The translations under genes were made by a program, and so were the position numbers. The notes beneath the pieces are model-generated. The model worked only from the letters and a program-made list of their open reading frames with translations. It was not told the DNA's origin and ran no database searches. Shown piece by piece: positions 1 through 8,978 of a stretch of 64,000 nt of DNA (positions are counted from its first letter, which is position 1; each line of letters opens with the position of its first letter). Source of the DNA: a virus; the IMG/VR virus record IMGVR_UViG_3300035204_001874, positions 1 to 64,000 of that record, one strand, 5' to 3'.

Positions 1-108
1 CAAAGAACAACTCTTGCTAATAAAAAGCTCTTTGCCTTTTTTAATGTTGTCGTCTGCTTGAGCAAGGCTAACAAACACTAATAATAAAATTGGTAATGCT
101 ATATTCAT
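1..108 (-). CDS. Secreted protein, truncated by the window edge; possible c-type cytochrome
   Basis: Manual translation MNIALPILLLVFVSLAQADDNIKKAKELFISKSCSL: signal peptide, then ELF..K.CS. which could be the start of CxxCH. SD-like AAGGGG upstream. Confidence 0.5.
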   Translation of the reverse strand, partial: MNIALPILLLVFVSLAQADDNIKKGKELFISKSCSL

Positions 109-183
109 TTATCCCCCTTAATTAATTTTATTAATAATAATACCGCAATCACAATTAAAGTCCACTTAATCCAAAGTAAAGCC

Positions 184-678
184 TCAGTAACTTCTGGAGG
201 TGTCACTAGCAACATAATATTCACCCGCAGACTTCCATCCTTCCTTAGGCGGCTCAAGCTCTCTATGTTGCCCGTAGTCAGCCAACAACTCTTCTCCCGC
301 CTTTATCTCCCTTAACGAGAATAGATGGTAAAAATTATCAAATTTGACAGCCTTGCAATTGGGCGATTCTGAAGAATGATTGTATAAATTGTTCGGCTTT
401 ATGTTGACAACCCCATACTCTGGGTGTATTACGTGAGTTTGGTGGATATCAAAATTTTCGCTGATGTCCTCTTTAGCAAACAAGCCGACCCCATGTATAC
501 TACTGGGTTTACATTCAACTTTATTGCCTAATTCTCCGTTTACCGACCTCGTAAACGTTATAGGTATTTCGTTTAAAGTTATGCTCTCTTTTTCCATAAA
601 AAATGCTCTCGTTTTATGTGGTTGCGAGAGCGGGAGATATGAAATAACCAGCATAAATATTGCCGCCACAATTCCCAA
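184..678 (-). CDS. SET-domain protein (putative lysine methyltransferase)
   Basis: SSIHGVGLFAKEDI, YNHSSESPNC and REIKAGEELLADYG SET motifs. Start codon uncertain. Confidence 0.85.
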   Translation of the reverse strand: MGIVAAIFMLVISYLPLSQPHKTRAFFMEKESITLNEIPITFTRSVNGELGNKVECKPSSIHGVGLFAKEDISENFDIHQTHVIHPEYGVVNIKPNNLYNHSSESPNCKAVKFDNFYHLFSLREIKAGEELLADYGQHRELEPPKEGWKSAGEYYVASDTSRSY

Positions 679-680
679 AA

Positions 681-1115
681 TTACTTTAACATTTTTCTTA
701 GTTTATTCCAAGTGTGATTTACTTCTCCGTCCGTATTAAGCAGGTGGTCTGGGTTACCTGACTCAAAATCTTTTACGTGATATTCCCTTCTTAGTTCTCG
801 ACTAGACTCTAATAAGATTTCTATTACTCGGCCCGCGTTATTCTCTTTCAGTTCGTTCCTAAGATGCAAGTAAGGATTTACTAAGCTTATGATTACGTCA
901 TTGCCTTTTTTACTTAGATAAGTGGCTACAGCGTTAGCATTTCTAATATTCTCCTCGCGTCCTTGTTTGCTGTAATTTTTGTTGGCAAACATCCCCCTGA
1001 ACTCATCGCCGTCAATAATGGTTGGGGCTACTAGATAATTAGGCTGATTACCAGCTAACAACTTACCTAAGGTGGTTTTGCCTGACCCCGGTTGTCCATA
1101 AACTACATAAATCAT
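681..1115 (-). CDS. cysC: Adenylylsulfate (APS) kinase
   Basis: P-loop GQPGSGKTT, IDGDEFR, YSKQGREENIR, SLVNPY. Confidence 0.8.
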   Translation of the reverse strand: MIYVVYGQPGSGKTTLGKLLAGNQPNYLVAPTIIDGDEFRGMFANKNYSKQGREENIRNANAVATYLSKKGNDVIISLVNPYLHLRNELKENNAGRVIEILLESSRELRREYHVKDFESGNPDHLLNTDGEVNHTWNKLRKMLK

Positions 1116-1305
1116 TTTTTGCTAAATAGTGATTTCACCCACAAATAAGGTATCTCAACCATAGCCTTTAAAAGGTAGGCTGTACCCCAAAAAACAACCA
1201 AAAATAAATCTTTAATGCGCTCTAGTTTTTTCATAATTATTCGAGGGGTTTATACAGCTTTTACCTCGAAGCTGTTGGCCTCCACCCAACACCCTGAGTA
1301 AGAAA

Positions 1306-1380
1306 TTATTTACCCTTCTTCTTTTTTTCTTTCTTGGGTTTTTTCTTTTCCCTTTTTGGTTTATCTCTTCCTTTTCCCAT
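1306..1380 (-). CDS. Tiny Lys-rich peptide (24 aa)
   Basis: Manual translation MGKGRDKPKREKKKPKKEKKKKGK; starts 2 nt after the upstream stop. Confidence 0.45.
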   Translation of the reverse strand: MGKGRDKPKREKKKPKKEKKKKGK

Positions 1381-1382
1381 AA

Positions 1383-1583
1383 TTATTCCTCTCCTGCTTT
1401 CCAACCTTCTCCGTCTGAAGAGTAATGGATAAGTCTTTCCAGCCACTCGTTAAAAGAGTCTTGGTCGTAATCATCCACGCCCATCTCTGCCATATAGACA
1501 CCGAGCAACTCATCGTCCACCTCTAGAAGAAGTTCGCGTCTGTCGTACCCAGCGGCCATATCCCTTATTATTTTTATCTTCAT
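1383..1583 (-). CDS. Hypothetical acidic protein
   Basis: ORF track 1383..1646; the likely start is MKIKIIRD at 1583, an ATGA overlap with the upstream peptide. Confidence 0.6.
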   Translation of the reverse strand: MKIKIIRDMAAGYDRRELLLEVDDELLGVYMAEMGVDDYDQDSFNEWLERLIHYSSDGEGWKAGEE

Positions 1584-1693
1584 TTTTTTATAAACTCTTT
1601 TAAAAACAAATAAACAGTTATGCCCCACATGGAGACAGCAATACAAACTAATGTCATTTTTATTGCCGCCAATTCTGATACCGCATTTTCCAT
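1580..1693 (-). CDS. Small single-TM peptide (37 aa)
   Basis: Manual translation MENAVSELAAIKMTLVCIAVSMWGITVYLFLKEFIKK; fills the gap between neighbours exactly. Confidence 0.55.
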   Translation of the reverse strand: MENAVSELAAIKMTLVCIAVSMWGITVYLFLKEFIKK

Positions 1694-1695
1694 AG

Positions 1696-2304
1696 TTACT
1701 CTCCTAGGGGATTAAGTAAATTTGCTGGTAGCTCGTTAACTTCTACCACCTCTCCGTTCTTGTCTGTCCTAAAACGAAAAGCCGTCTTTTCATCGCCCGT
1801 TGCGTTAAAGATTCTCTTTTTTAATACTATTTCTTTGTATGGCTTTATTTTTATTAATGTTATCGTAGCTTGCGTTGAGGTCTCATCTTTCTTTGAGTAA
1901 ACGTGGACATTGACAATATTGTCTCCTTCTGTTGCCCCGCGAAAGGCCACGATCTCCTCATTAAACCCAACGACTTTACCTTCCGCGTCTTTCGCTAAAC
2001 TGTTGTTTCTTGATTTACCAAGAGCATCATGATTCAAGCTGATAAGGCTTCCTTCTCCGCCCTCCCTATTATTGAAGCTGACAATGTGGCCTGACGCAGC
2101 CTGAACATAAAGGTCTAAATCATCTTCGCTGTTTCCGTCCCACGTAAGTATTACTTCATATAAAGTGTTTGGTGGGCGCATTTTTGTCTCCTCTTCTTCC
2201 GCTTTTAAAAGGAAAAGGATTGCGACCAACATTAACAGGCAACAAAAAAGCACATCAATGAATGGCCTAAACGAAAAGAATTTTTTATACCCTTTATTGA
2301 TCAT
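1696..2304 (-). CDS. ExbD/MotB-like TM anchor with a YfaP/DUF2135-like soluble domain
   Basis: N-terminal RPFIDVLFCCLLMLVAILFLL (Asp in TM, like ExbD PLIDV); VILTWDGNSEDDLDLYV motif. Confidence 0.65.
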   Translation of the reverse strand: MINKGYKKFFSFRPFIDVLFCCLLMLVAILFLLKAEEEETKMRPPNTLYEVILTWDGNSEDDLDLYVQAASGHIVSFNNREGGEGSLISLNHDALGKSRNNSLAKDAEGKVVGFNEEIVAFRGATEGDNIVNVHVYSKKDETSTQATITLIKIKPYKEIVLKKRIFNATGDEKTAFRFRTDKNGEVVEVNELPANLLNPLGE

Positions 2305-2779
2305 CTTCTTCTAGCTTAAATCTTAAAATCATTAGTTGAACCTGCAATGGAAGGCTGCAAGCTATTCCACAAATTGTAGTGTAAAATGCGGTATTCAGCC
2401 CTGTCTTAAGTCCAGCTACAATATCGCTCACTTGAGCTTCTGCGTTAAGATTTGTGGCAGTTGCTACACACAACCCAAAGACTGTACCTAGTAATCCTAA
2501 AGAGAAAAAGTGCTCTGCCGCAAACCACCCTATTTCAGAGCGGCGTGACAAGTTCCCTCTGTCGTCTATGTCTTTGGTTGTGTTCCCGCTCGCTCGATCA
2601 GCCAAATAGCATAATTTGCCCACATACGCTGAAAGACCAACGTACAGAGCCATAATCAAAATTGAGATATGCGAAATATCATTTTTAATTATTGTCGAAA
2701 TTGCGCCTTTCTGTTCCGCAAAAAAAATCACCGTCAATACGACAGCGTTCAGCAAAAACCATTTCGTAAACGTTTTCAT
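2294..2779 (-). CDS. MotA/TolQ/ExbB proton channel family protein
   Basis: LGLLGTVFGL ... GLNTAFYTTICGI signature; several hydrophobic helices. Confidence 0.85.
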   Translation of the reverse strand: MKTFTKWFLLNAVVLTVIFFAEQKGAISTIIKNDISHISILIMALYVGLSAYVGKLCYLADRASGNTTKDIDDRGNLSRRSEIGWFAAEHFFSLGLLGTVFGLCVATATNLNAEAQVSDIVAGLKTGLNTAFYTTICGIACSLPLQVQLMILRFKLEEDDQ

Positions 2780-2809
2780 TGTCTATTGTAGACGGAGAAT
2801 TCCCGTTTT

Positions 2810-3013
2810 CTATTGATTTTTTTTGATTGGCGGGATATGTCCTCCGTCGTCGGTAAGTAGCCTATTGATCCTAAAAATGTGAAATTTTGCCTTTATATCC
2901 TCCTCTATTTTCTCTGCTAAAGCGTCACAACAAGCTTCTGACGCTAAATTTGGCTGCTTAGAGGATTCTCTTTGGAGAGTTGCCATCACTATTCTTTTAA
3001 ATTCGCCCTTCAT
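2810..3013 (-). CDS. Hypothetical protein
   Basis: ORF in a tightly packed operon. Confidence 0.55.
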   Translation of the reverse strand: MKGEFKRIVMATLQRESSKQPNLASEACCDALAEKIEEDIKAKFHIFRINRLLTDDGGHIPPIKKNQ

Positions 3014-3014
3014 A

Positions 3015-3332
3015 TCATTCGGCTTTTGTAGGAAAAAGCTCTAAAAGCTTTTGTCTTACAACGTCAATTGGGGCAGACCCTTTAACCCAATCAATTCTAT
3101 TTCCATCTTTAAAAGCATAAACCGAGGGAAAAACATCAGGGCCAAACATTTGCTTCTCTGCGGTTGAATTTACCTTAAGTATCTCTAAGTGAGGCATTTC
3201 AGATTCGATACCCCCCAAGACTTCGGGGATAAACTTCTGGCAAACGGGGCATCTATCGCTGGTAAATACAACCAAAACGTTCGGCTTGCTATTGATTAAT
3301 TCAACGGCTTCTTGTCTAGTTGCGTCTTTCAT
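3015..3332 (-). CDS. Thioredoxin-like protein
   Basis: LVVFTSDRCPVCQ (CxxC); cis-Pro motif FPSVYAFKDG. Confidence 0.85.
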   Translation of the reverse strand: MKDATRQEAVELINSKPNVLVVFTSDRCPVCQKFIPEVLGGIESEMPHLEILKVNSTAEKQMFGPDVFPSVYAFKDGNRIDWVKGSAPIDVVRQKLLELFPTKAE

Positions 3333-3624
3333 CTTTCATTTCCTCTTTCGTTATTTTGTATAATATTCTTTTTTGTAATTGGTCATTATCGTAATGTCCT
3401 TTAAGCTTTTCAATCCTAAAAAATACATCTCCAAGCTCTTCGATAACCTCGTCGTCTAAGTCCTTGTGGGGCTTGTTTAATTGTTGCAATAAAATCGTTG
3501 CAAGCTCGCTACACTCTTCGGCTGCTTTTCTCATGTCCCACTCCCGACGAGAAAGGGTAGTAGAAAAATCACTCATGCCAAGAGCCCCCCTCTTCCTCAC
3601 ACTCATCGTCACCCTCAAGATCAT
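3316..3624 (-). CDS. MazG-like nucleotide pyrophosphohydrolase
   Basis: KAAEECSEL ... IEELGDV; true start probably MSDFSTT. Confidence 0.65.
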   Translation of the reverse strand: MILRVTMSVRKRGALGMSDFSTTLSRREWDMRKAAEECSELATILLQQLNKPHKDLDDEVIEELGDVFFRIEKLKGHYDNDQLQKRILYKITKEEMKDERRN

Positions 3625-3796
3625 TATGCCAGTTCCTGTGGTCTTCCACGTTCATCCAAACCCTAAATAGTTTATCAGCTTCATCAAATGTCATATCAAA
3701 CTCTTTCGCGAAAGCGTTTAATGACTCAGCGGGATTGCTGAAGCCAGCGAATTTAAGGTCAAGCCACTTGATCATTTTGAAGCTTAATTTTCTCAT
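3569..3796 (-). CDS. Hypothetical protein
   Basis: ORF overlapping both neighbours. Confidence 0.55.
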   Translation of the reverse strand: MRKLSFKMIKWLDLKFAGFSNPAESLNAFAKEFDMTFDEADKLFRVWMNVEDHRNWHNDLEGDDECEEEGGSWHE

Positions 3797-4284
3797 TCCG
3801 TATTATTTAAAGCTTCGTAGTGGACGTCCAAAAGCTTAATCATATCAAAATAAGATTCTTGAGAATCCTCTACCGCATCCTCAAGTTTAGCTTTTAAAAA
3901 AACGTCTTCCCCCAAATCTCCTATTTCATAATTTTGAACAAGAAAAGTCATTTCTTTGAAGTTCTTTACTTGATTAGAGTGGAGAGTTTTTAGCTCCCTG
4001 TTCATCGTCTTCGCTTGGTTTACGAGTTGGTCTCTGTCCAATTCGAAATCTTCCTCTACCTCTCTAATGGAGTCATTTAAACCACTAGCAAGGTCTGAAG
4101 GGATAATTTTTTGAGCCTTAGGATCATCCAGTACGCCTTTGGCAACCTTTGCTAAATCTTGCGCGTAAGAATCATTAATTTGAGCAAGCAGATAGTCGTA
4201 CTCTCCCTCAATCTGCCTTATTTGCCCCCTAGTAACCTCATGGTCATCAGACAGCCCAACGTACTCTTTTTCTTGTGGAGTCAT
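3793..4284 (-). CDS. Hypothetical coiled-coil protein
   Basis: 163-aa acidic helical ORF. Confidence 0.65.
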   Translation of the reverse strand: MTPQEKEYVGLSDDHEVTRGQIRQIEGEYDYLLAQINDSYAQDLAKVAKGVLDDPKAQKIIPSDLASGLNDSIREVEEDFELDRDQLVNQAKTMNRELKTLHSNQVKNFKEMTFLVQNYEIGDLGEDVFLKAKLEDAVEDSQESYFDMIKLLDVHYEALNNTE

Positions 4285-4304
4285 TTTATTACTTAATCTA
4301 GAAT

Positions 4305-5750
4305 CTAGGGCTTTTTACTGTTTAACGCAAATGTTTTCACGTTCTTGGCAGCTAATTCATCACGATCATTTTTCACGCCACACTTGGGGCAGTCCCATTT
4401 TCTTTGGGAAAGCTTCAATCCTTTGTTAATGTAGCCGCATTTGCACATTTTTGAAGTTGGGTCATACCTGTTAGCCTTAATGAGGCTTTTTCCTTCAAAG
4501 TTGGTTTTGTACTCGATACGGCTAAATAAAGCCCCCCAAGCAACATCGTTGATTTGTTTATTTAATTTACGTTTTTGAACCTGACCATTACGTTTATATT
4601 TACCGCTTTTATCTTTGATGGGGGCTTTTTTTTGCTTCATGCTCACGATATCTAAATCTTCAATAGCGATAGCGTTGTAAGGCGTTTCAACTAAAGCTCG
4701 ACTGAGTTCGTGAGTAAAATCGTTCCTCTTTTCCGCAATCTTTTCGTCAACTTTGGCACAAGCTATTTTTTGTTTTTGATAATTTTTACTTTTGAAGACT
4801 TTCCGACTGAGCCGCCTTTGACGAATCGATTTGCGTCGAGTAAGCCTTGGGTCAGTCTTGTAAGGAGATAATTTACCATTTTCAAGTTTAAGATTGAATT
4901 TTTCTAAAAATTTAGAGTTTCGTATCTCAACGGGATCAGAAAAAGTAACGTAATTTCTAATCCCAACATCAAGGCCAATCGTGTTCGACTTGTTAAACTT
5001 CTTTTTCGGGGGGATTGGTGCGCCAGTATCTACCACTATGTATACGTAGTACTTCATGGTCGCTGTTCGCGTAAATACGCAAGTTTTAAGTTTTCCCTCA
5101 GGAAGCCCGTTGGGAAGCTTAAATTTAATCCATACTTTGGAATTGGGCAGCTTAAGTTTATTTGTATCCCAATCCCACTTTATTTGGTTTGCTTCACACC
5201 CAAAATAATTATTATCTCCATACTTAGCGTAACGAGGGAACCCTTTGTTTGGTTTTTTCGCGGTGACAAACCCCTTTACCCGCCTCTTTTTCCAAGCCTC
5301 TCTATAGGCTACATCCATCCTTTTAAAAACGTCTCCGACAAGACGGCTAGGAGTTTCTTGCATCCAAGAGTAATCTTCATCATTACTCCTTCTAAGTTTA
5401 CGAAAATCCTTATCCGCTTGCGCTATATTTATGAGAGAAAAGCCGACTCCAGAGATTTCTTTTTTTGCAGCCTTATGTTCTGGGGAGCCTTTTATGATAA
5501 CGCCCGAGGCAAGATTTTTTTCTAAATCTTCTTTGAGTTTTTTTTCTATCTCTTCGCCACCTTCCGCAACCCACTTCTCTTTTCGCTCCTTTCGGGTTTC
5601 CCACATTTCCTTCTGATAGGCTACTTGAAAATTCCAACATCTACGCCTTGCTGCGAAACATTTATCAAGTTGGTGAAAGCCAGCTTTGTTAGTGTAAATT
5701 CGAGCCTTTAAGGCTTTGACAATTGTTTGGGGGTTGTCTTCTTTTTTCAT
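4305..5750 (-). CDS. tnpB: TnpB (IS200/IS605-family RNA-guided endonuclease), stand-alone
   Basis: N-terminal KALKARIY; RuvC-I IGLDVG; RuvC-II IAIEDL; Zn finger TSKMCKC...WDCPKCG; RuvC-III NDRDELAAKNV. No tnpA nearby. Confidence 0.93.
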   Translation of the reverse strand: MKKEDNPQTIVKALKARIYTNKAGFHQLDKCFAARRRCWNFQVAYQKEMWETRKERKEKWVAEGGEEIEKKLKEDLEKNLASGVIIKGSPEHKAAKKEISGVGFSLINIAQADKDFRKLRRSNDEDYSWMQETPSRLVGDVFKRMDVAYREAWKKRRVKGFVTAKKPNKGFPRYAKYGDNNYFGCEANQIKWDWDTNKLKLPNSKVWIKFKLPNGLPEGKLKTCVFTRTATMKYYVYIVVDTGAPIPPKKKFNKSNTIGLDVGIRNYVTFSDPVEIRNSKFLEKFNLKLENGKLSPYKTDPRLTRRKSIRQRRLSRKVFKSKNYQKQKIACAKVDEKIAEKRNDFTHELSRALVETPYNAIAIEDLDIVSMKQKKAPIKDKSGKYKRNGQVQKRKLNKQINDVAWGALFSRIEYKTNFEGKSLIKANRYDPTSKMCKCGYINKGLKLSQRKWDCPKCGVKNDRDELAAKNVKTFALNSKKP

Positions 5751-5958
5751 AGTCCCTTTTCGGCTTCTGATGTTCAGTTGTCGTAATCCTTTTTTAAGCG
5801 GGGGTGAGAGGGAGGATTAATCTCTCCCACCCCCTAGAGGATTTTGCTGCCCCGATAACGACCCTTTTGTGGACAAGCCACCAAGTAATCTCCATCGTAT
5901 CTGACAGCCGTGACTTTCCGTGCAACCCACGGTAGAGTTCCAGCATCAGGAGGAACTA
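5751..5958 (-). ncRNA. Putative omegaRNA-like structured RNA / 5' leader of tnpB
   Basis: Minus strand has ACCGTGGGTTGCACGGAAAGTCACGGCTGT ... CTGAACATCAGAAGCCG, resembling IS605 omegaRNA motifs. Hairpins at 5936-5957, 5918-5932 and 5800-5834. Confidence 0.6.
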
Positions 5959-5964
5959 TAAAAG

Positions 5965-5992
5965 AGTATAGCCTAACCTTGATCTATGTCAA
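5965..5992 (-). promoter_or_regulatory. Sigma-70-type promoter for the tnpB leader RNA
   Basis: TTGACA-N16-TATACT on the minus strand. Confidence 0.7.
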
Positions 5993-6503
5993 GAGTTAAT
6001 TCTGATAGACGAAGATTATAACAGTCCGCTGGCCACGGATATGGGAAACTGCTGTATGGGTCTAAATCTCCCTTTTTGCCAAAAACTGCTTTTTTCAAAA
6101 ATTCCTGTCTTGAAATTTTGCCTAAATACCACCCACCAGAATAATCTTTCTTCACCCTTACGAAAGCGTACTCGTCGCACTTTTGTCTAGCGTTAGCCGC
6201 ATAAACTGTGCAGTTCCAATCAGATTGAGGGGTATAATCTGATTCTTTTGTTTTAACTTCGACTTTCGTTTCATTATTATAAATAACGTCACAATCGTAA
6301 GTGTTTTCTCTTTTGCCCGAAAGGACAGCTTCAGCTATAAGTTCACCGATAATTCCAACAAGCCTACCTCCGCCTTCCCTATAAGAGTCTTTCAACAAGG
6401 GTATTTCCGCTGCCTCCTTCTCTGCTAGGTCTCGACCATAGTCAGTTAATCTAAACCACCTATACATTTTTGCCAAACACCTCGTTTGATTGTTGCGTAA
6501 CAC
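5973..6503 (-). CDS. PD-(D/E)XK-like nuclease-fold protein
   Basis: GIIGELIA...YDCDV...VEVKTK; start probably MYRWFR. Confidence 0.55.
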   Translation of the reverse strand: MLRNNQTRCLAKMYRWFRLTDYGRDLAEKEAAEIPLLKDSYREGGGRLVGIIGELIAEAVLSGKRENTYDCDVIYNNETKVEVKTKESDYTPQSDWNCTVYAANARQKCDEYAFVRVKKDYSGGWYLGKISRQEFLKKAVFGKKGDLDPYSSFPYPWPADCYNLRLSELTLDIDQG

Positions 6504-7614
6504 GTATGAACGTAGCGCACTTGGGCATGTCTTTTAGTCTCCGCGCCCCAATATAAGTACAAGCAGAACGTAACCCGCCAAGAATATCCTCTATGGTATG
6601 TTTTACGAGGCCGCGATGTTTCACTCTTATCGTCTTCCCTTCTGAGGAGCGATAGTCAGCAACTCCACCATTGTGCTTCTTCATTGCTGTCTCCGAACTC
6701 ATCCCATAGAAAACTTTATACTTTTCACCGTCAACTATTTCTTCCTGCCCGTCACACTCTGTATGGCCAGCAAGCATCCCCCCCAACATAACAAAATCAG
6801 CACCAGCACAAAAGGCTTTTGCGATGTCCCCAGGGCAGCAACAGCCACCATCAGCCATAACATGCCCACCAAGGCCGTGAGCAGCATCGGCGCATTCAAT
6901 GACCGTGCTGAGTTGTGGATATCCAACACCAGTCTGAATGCGAGTAGTACAAACACTCCCACTACCAATACCCACTTTAACAATGTCGGCTCCATTTAAA
7001 ATCAATTGTTCTGTCATCTCTCCCGTGACGACATTTCCAGCTATTATAATGAGAGCGGGATGCTCTTCTCTAACTCTTTTTATAAAATCACAAAATCTTG
7101 ACGTATATCCATTAGCCGCGTCAATACATACAAACCTAGTGTGATAAAAATTCCAAGTAATATTTTGCAGATAATCTAAATCGTCTGTTTTTTTCGGATC
7201 ATACTTGATTCCAATAGAGGGAGATATGTGTTCGTAAATTCTATTTTGCCAATTATCGGAGTGACGGTCATGCTTCCAAACACCACCCTTCCTTTGTTCT
7301 GAGCTTTTGTAGACTCCATAGCCATTTAATTTATGGAGCCATCTTTTTATATCGTTATGCTTACTGATGCAAGTGAGCATACGGCGTTGAGCAAGAGCCT
7401 TCGCCATCTCGAAAGTCCCAACTGTATCCATATTTGAGGCTACAATCGGTATGCCTTTCCAACCATACGCTTTGGGGTCAGAGCCTTCTCCACCAGCGTT
7501 GGGAAAGGTAAATTCGCGAACCAAATCGACTTCCTTGCGAGAATTCAACGTGGAACGTTTCGGGCACATGAGAACGTCCTTATAGTCTAACTTTATTTCT
7601 GGCTCTATTCGCAT
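6460..7614 (-). CDS. guaC: GMP reductase
   Basis: [60 protein letters not shown]. Confidence 0.95.
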   Translation of the reverse strand: MRIEPEIKLDYKDVLMCPKRSTLNSRKEVDLVREFTFPNAGGEGSDPKAYGWKGIPIVASNMDTVGTFEMAKALAQRRMLTCISKHNDIKRWLHKLNGYGVYKSSEQRKGGVWKHDRHSDNWQNRIYEHISPSIGIKYDPKKTDDLDYLQNITWNFYHTRFVCIDAANGYTSRFCDFIKRVREEHPALIIIAGNVVTGEMTEQLILNGADIVKVGIGSGSVCTTRIQTGVGYPQLSTVIECADAAHGLGGHVMADGGCCCPGDIAKAFCAGADFVMLGGMLAGHTECDGQEEIVDGEKYKVFYGMSSETAMKKHNGGVADYRSSEGKTIRVKHRGLVKHTIEDILGGLRSACTYIGARRLKDMPKCATFIRVTQQSNEVFGKNV

Positions 7615-8933
7615 TTTTTAATAGAATGTGAATGAATAGCGTCTATCCAAAACAAAAACGCTTCTTCGGATAATTTATTCTTCATGATATTTACCGTCGC
7701 ATGAGTCCACTGACAATTATCAGCACGATACACTTTAATTCTGCTAACTACTCTATCTAAAGAAGCCGTCTGTACTTGTCTTTCTGAGCCGTTTCCCTTA
7801 ACTGGGTTATCCCCCACACCGTTACCACGTTGAGGACCAAAAAAGATGGGTGTTCCCGTGTAAATGCATTTACCATCTTGTTTTAAATAAATCTGGTATG
7901 CTTCATCTGGGGTTATTTCGAATTTAATATTTCGTTTTTTTGCGCCCGATTTTAATTTCCCCCAATAAGTCCCGCTGATTATATCATGCTCATCCCACCA
8001 CCTTGTGTTAGTGTTTCCGAGATGATGACCCTTTACTTCTCGAAAAGCCTCCAAATTAGACCTTTCAACAAAATCCCTAATGGTGCTATGAACAACCCCT
8101 TCCTCTTGCGCGATTTCGTTGTAGGATTTAGTTTTTAATTGTTCTACCATCCAATCTATGGGAGGACTGTATATGGGGCTTCCATTCTTATTTAATTTAC
8201 CGTAATGACCATTGAGAAATGCTGGGGAGTCTTGGACTTGGAGTTTTTTTCTTGGAACATAGTCAATATCGTGTCTTATAATAAACCTCTTAACAGCCCG
8301 TCTACTGTATCCGTTGCCCCACTCAAGAGGACACTCTTCCGCTATTTTTGACAACGACCATCCTTCTTCAAGTTTTTCTTCCACCCATTCGACAGGGGGG
8401 TTAAATTCACGAACGCTTCGCTCTTCTTGTTTTCGGGAAGATGCAATTTCGTACATCTTTCCTTCTCGGCCCCCTGCTCTTTCTATTCCGTGGTGCGCTA
8501 AATAACGCCTAACAGTATTTTCACTTACACTGTATATCTCTGCGATAGCCGCTGGGCTGTGTCCTTCTTCGAATTTTTCCCTAATCTTTTCGACTGAAGC
8601 TAGTTTATCTAAAAGATGCCACTTGGGCTCAGGTAGAGTTATGTTGTTCTCGTATACAAATCTTAAAACTGGCGTTTTTGATTCAAACCCTTTTAGCTTG
8701 GCTATTTCCAAAGGATTAAGACCTTCTTCAAGTTTTTCTTTTACCCACCCTACGGTAGCACCAGAATCTTCAAATTTTAAAATGGGACGTTTGAGATTGT
8801 GTTTTTGCACAAACCTACAAGTAGTGGTTACTCCTATCCCTAATTCCCTAGCAATAGCGGAGGCGGTATTGCCTTCGTCCATTTTTTGTTGCACCCAATC
8901 AGGGCCGAGATCGTATAATTTAGAACGTTTCAT
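7605..8933 (-). CDS. HNH-type endonuclease with five N-terminal HTH-like repeats
   Basis: Repeats W(V/M)xEKLEEG.s..xIA; C-terminal QDGKCIYTG...SLDRV...[14 protein letters not shown]. Confidence 0.75.
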   Translation of the reverse strand: MKRSKLYDLGPDWVQQKMDEGNTASAIARELGIGVTTTCRFVQKHNLKRPILKFEDSGATVGWVKEKLEEGLNPLEIAKLKGFESKTPVLRFVYENNITLPEPKWHLLDKLASVEKIREKFEEGHSPAAIAEIYSVSENTVRRYLAHHGIERAGGREGKMYEIASSRKQEERSVREFNPPVEWVEEKLEEGWSLSKIAEECPLEWGNGYSRRAVKRFIIRHDIDYVPRKKLQVQDSPAFLNGHYGKLNKNGSPIYSPPIDWMVEQLKTKSYNEIAQEEGVVHSTIRDFVERSNLEAFREVKGHHLGNTNTRWWDEHDIISGTYWGKLKSGAKKRNIKFEITPDEAYQIYLKQDGKCIYTGTPIFFGPQRGNGVGDNPVKGNGSERQVQTASLDRVVSRIKVYRADNCQWTHATVNIMKNKLSEEAFLFWIDAIHSHSIKKCE

Positions 8934-8935
8934 TG

Positions 8936-8978
8936 TATATCGTCCACTATATAGTTATTTTGAGTTGGGGGAAAAATT
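8936..8978 (-). promoter_or_regulatory. Bipartite motif, copy 1 (AATTTTTCCCC-N17-ATAGTGGACGATATA)
   Basis: Same blocks and spacing as 15361-15403; lies 2 nt before the HNH start codon. Confidence 0.6.

Noticed and set aside
1696-2779. Canonical Zorya or flagellar stator locus
   Set aside because: No long ZorA tail, no OmpA-like domain, and no zorC/D/E or flagellar genes. Kept as a distinct ExbBD-like pair.
4285-6000. CRISPR array or complete IS200/IS605 element around tnpB
   Set aside because: No direct-repeat/spacer array and no tnpA or serine recombinase; the flanking genes are tightly packed.
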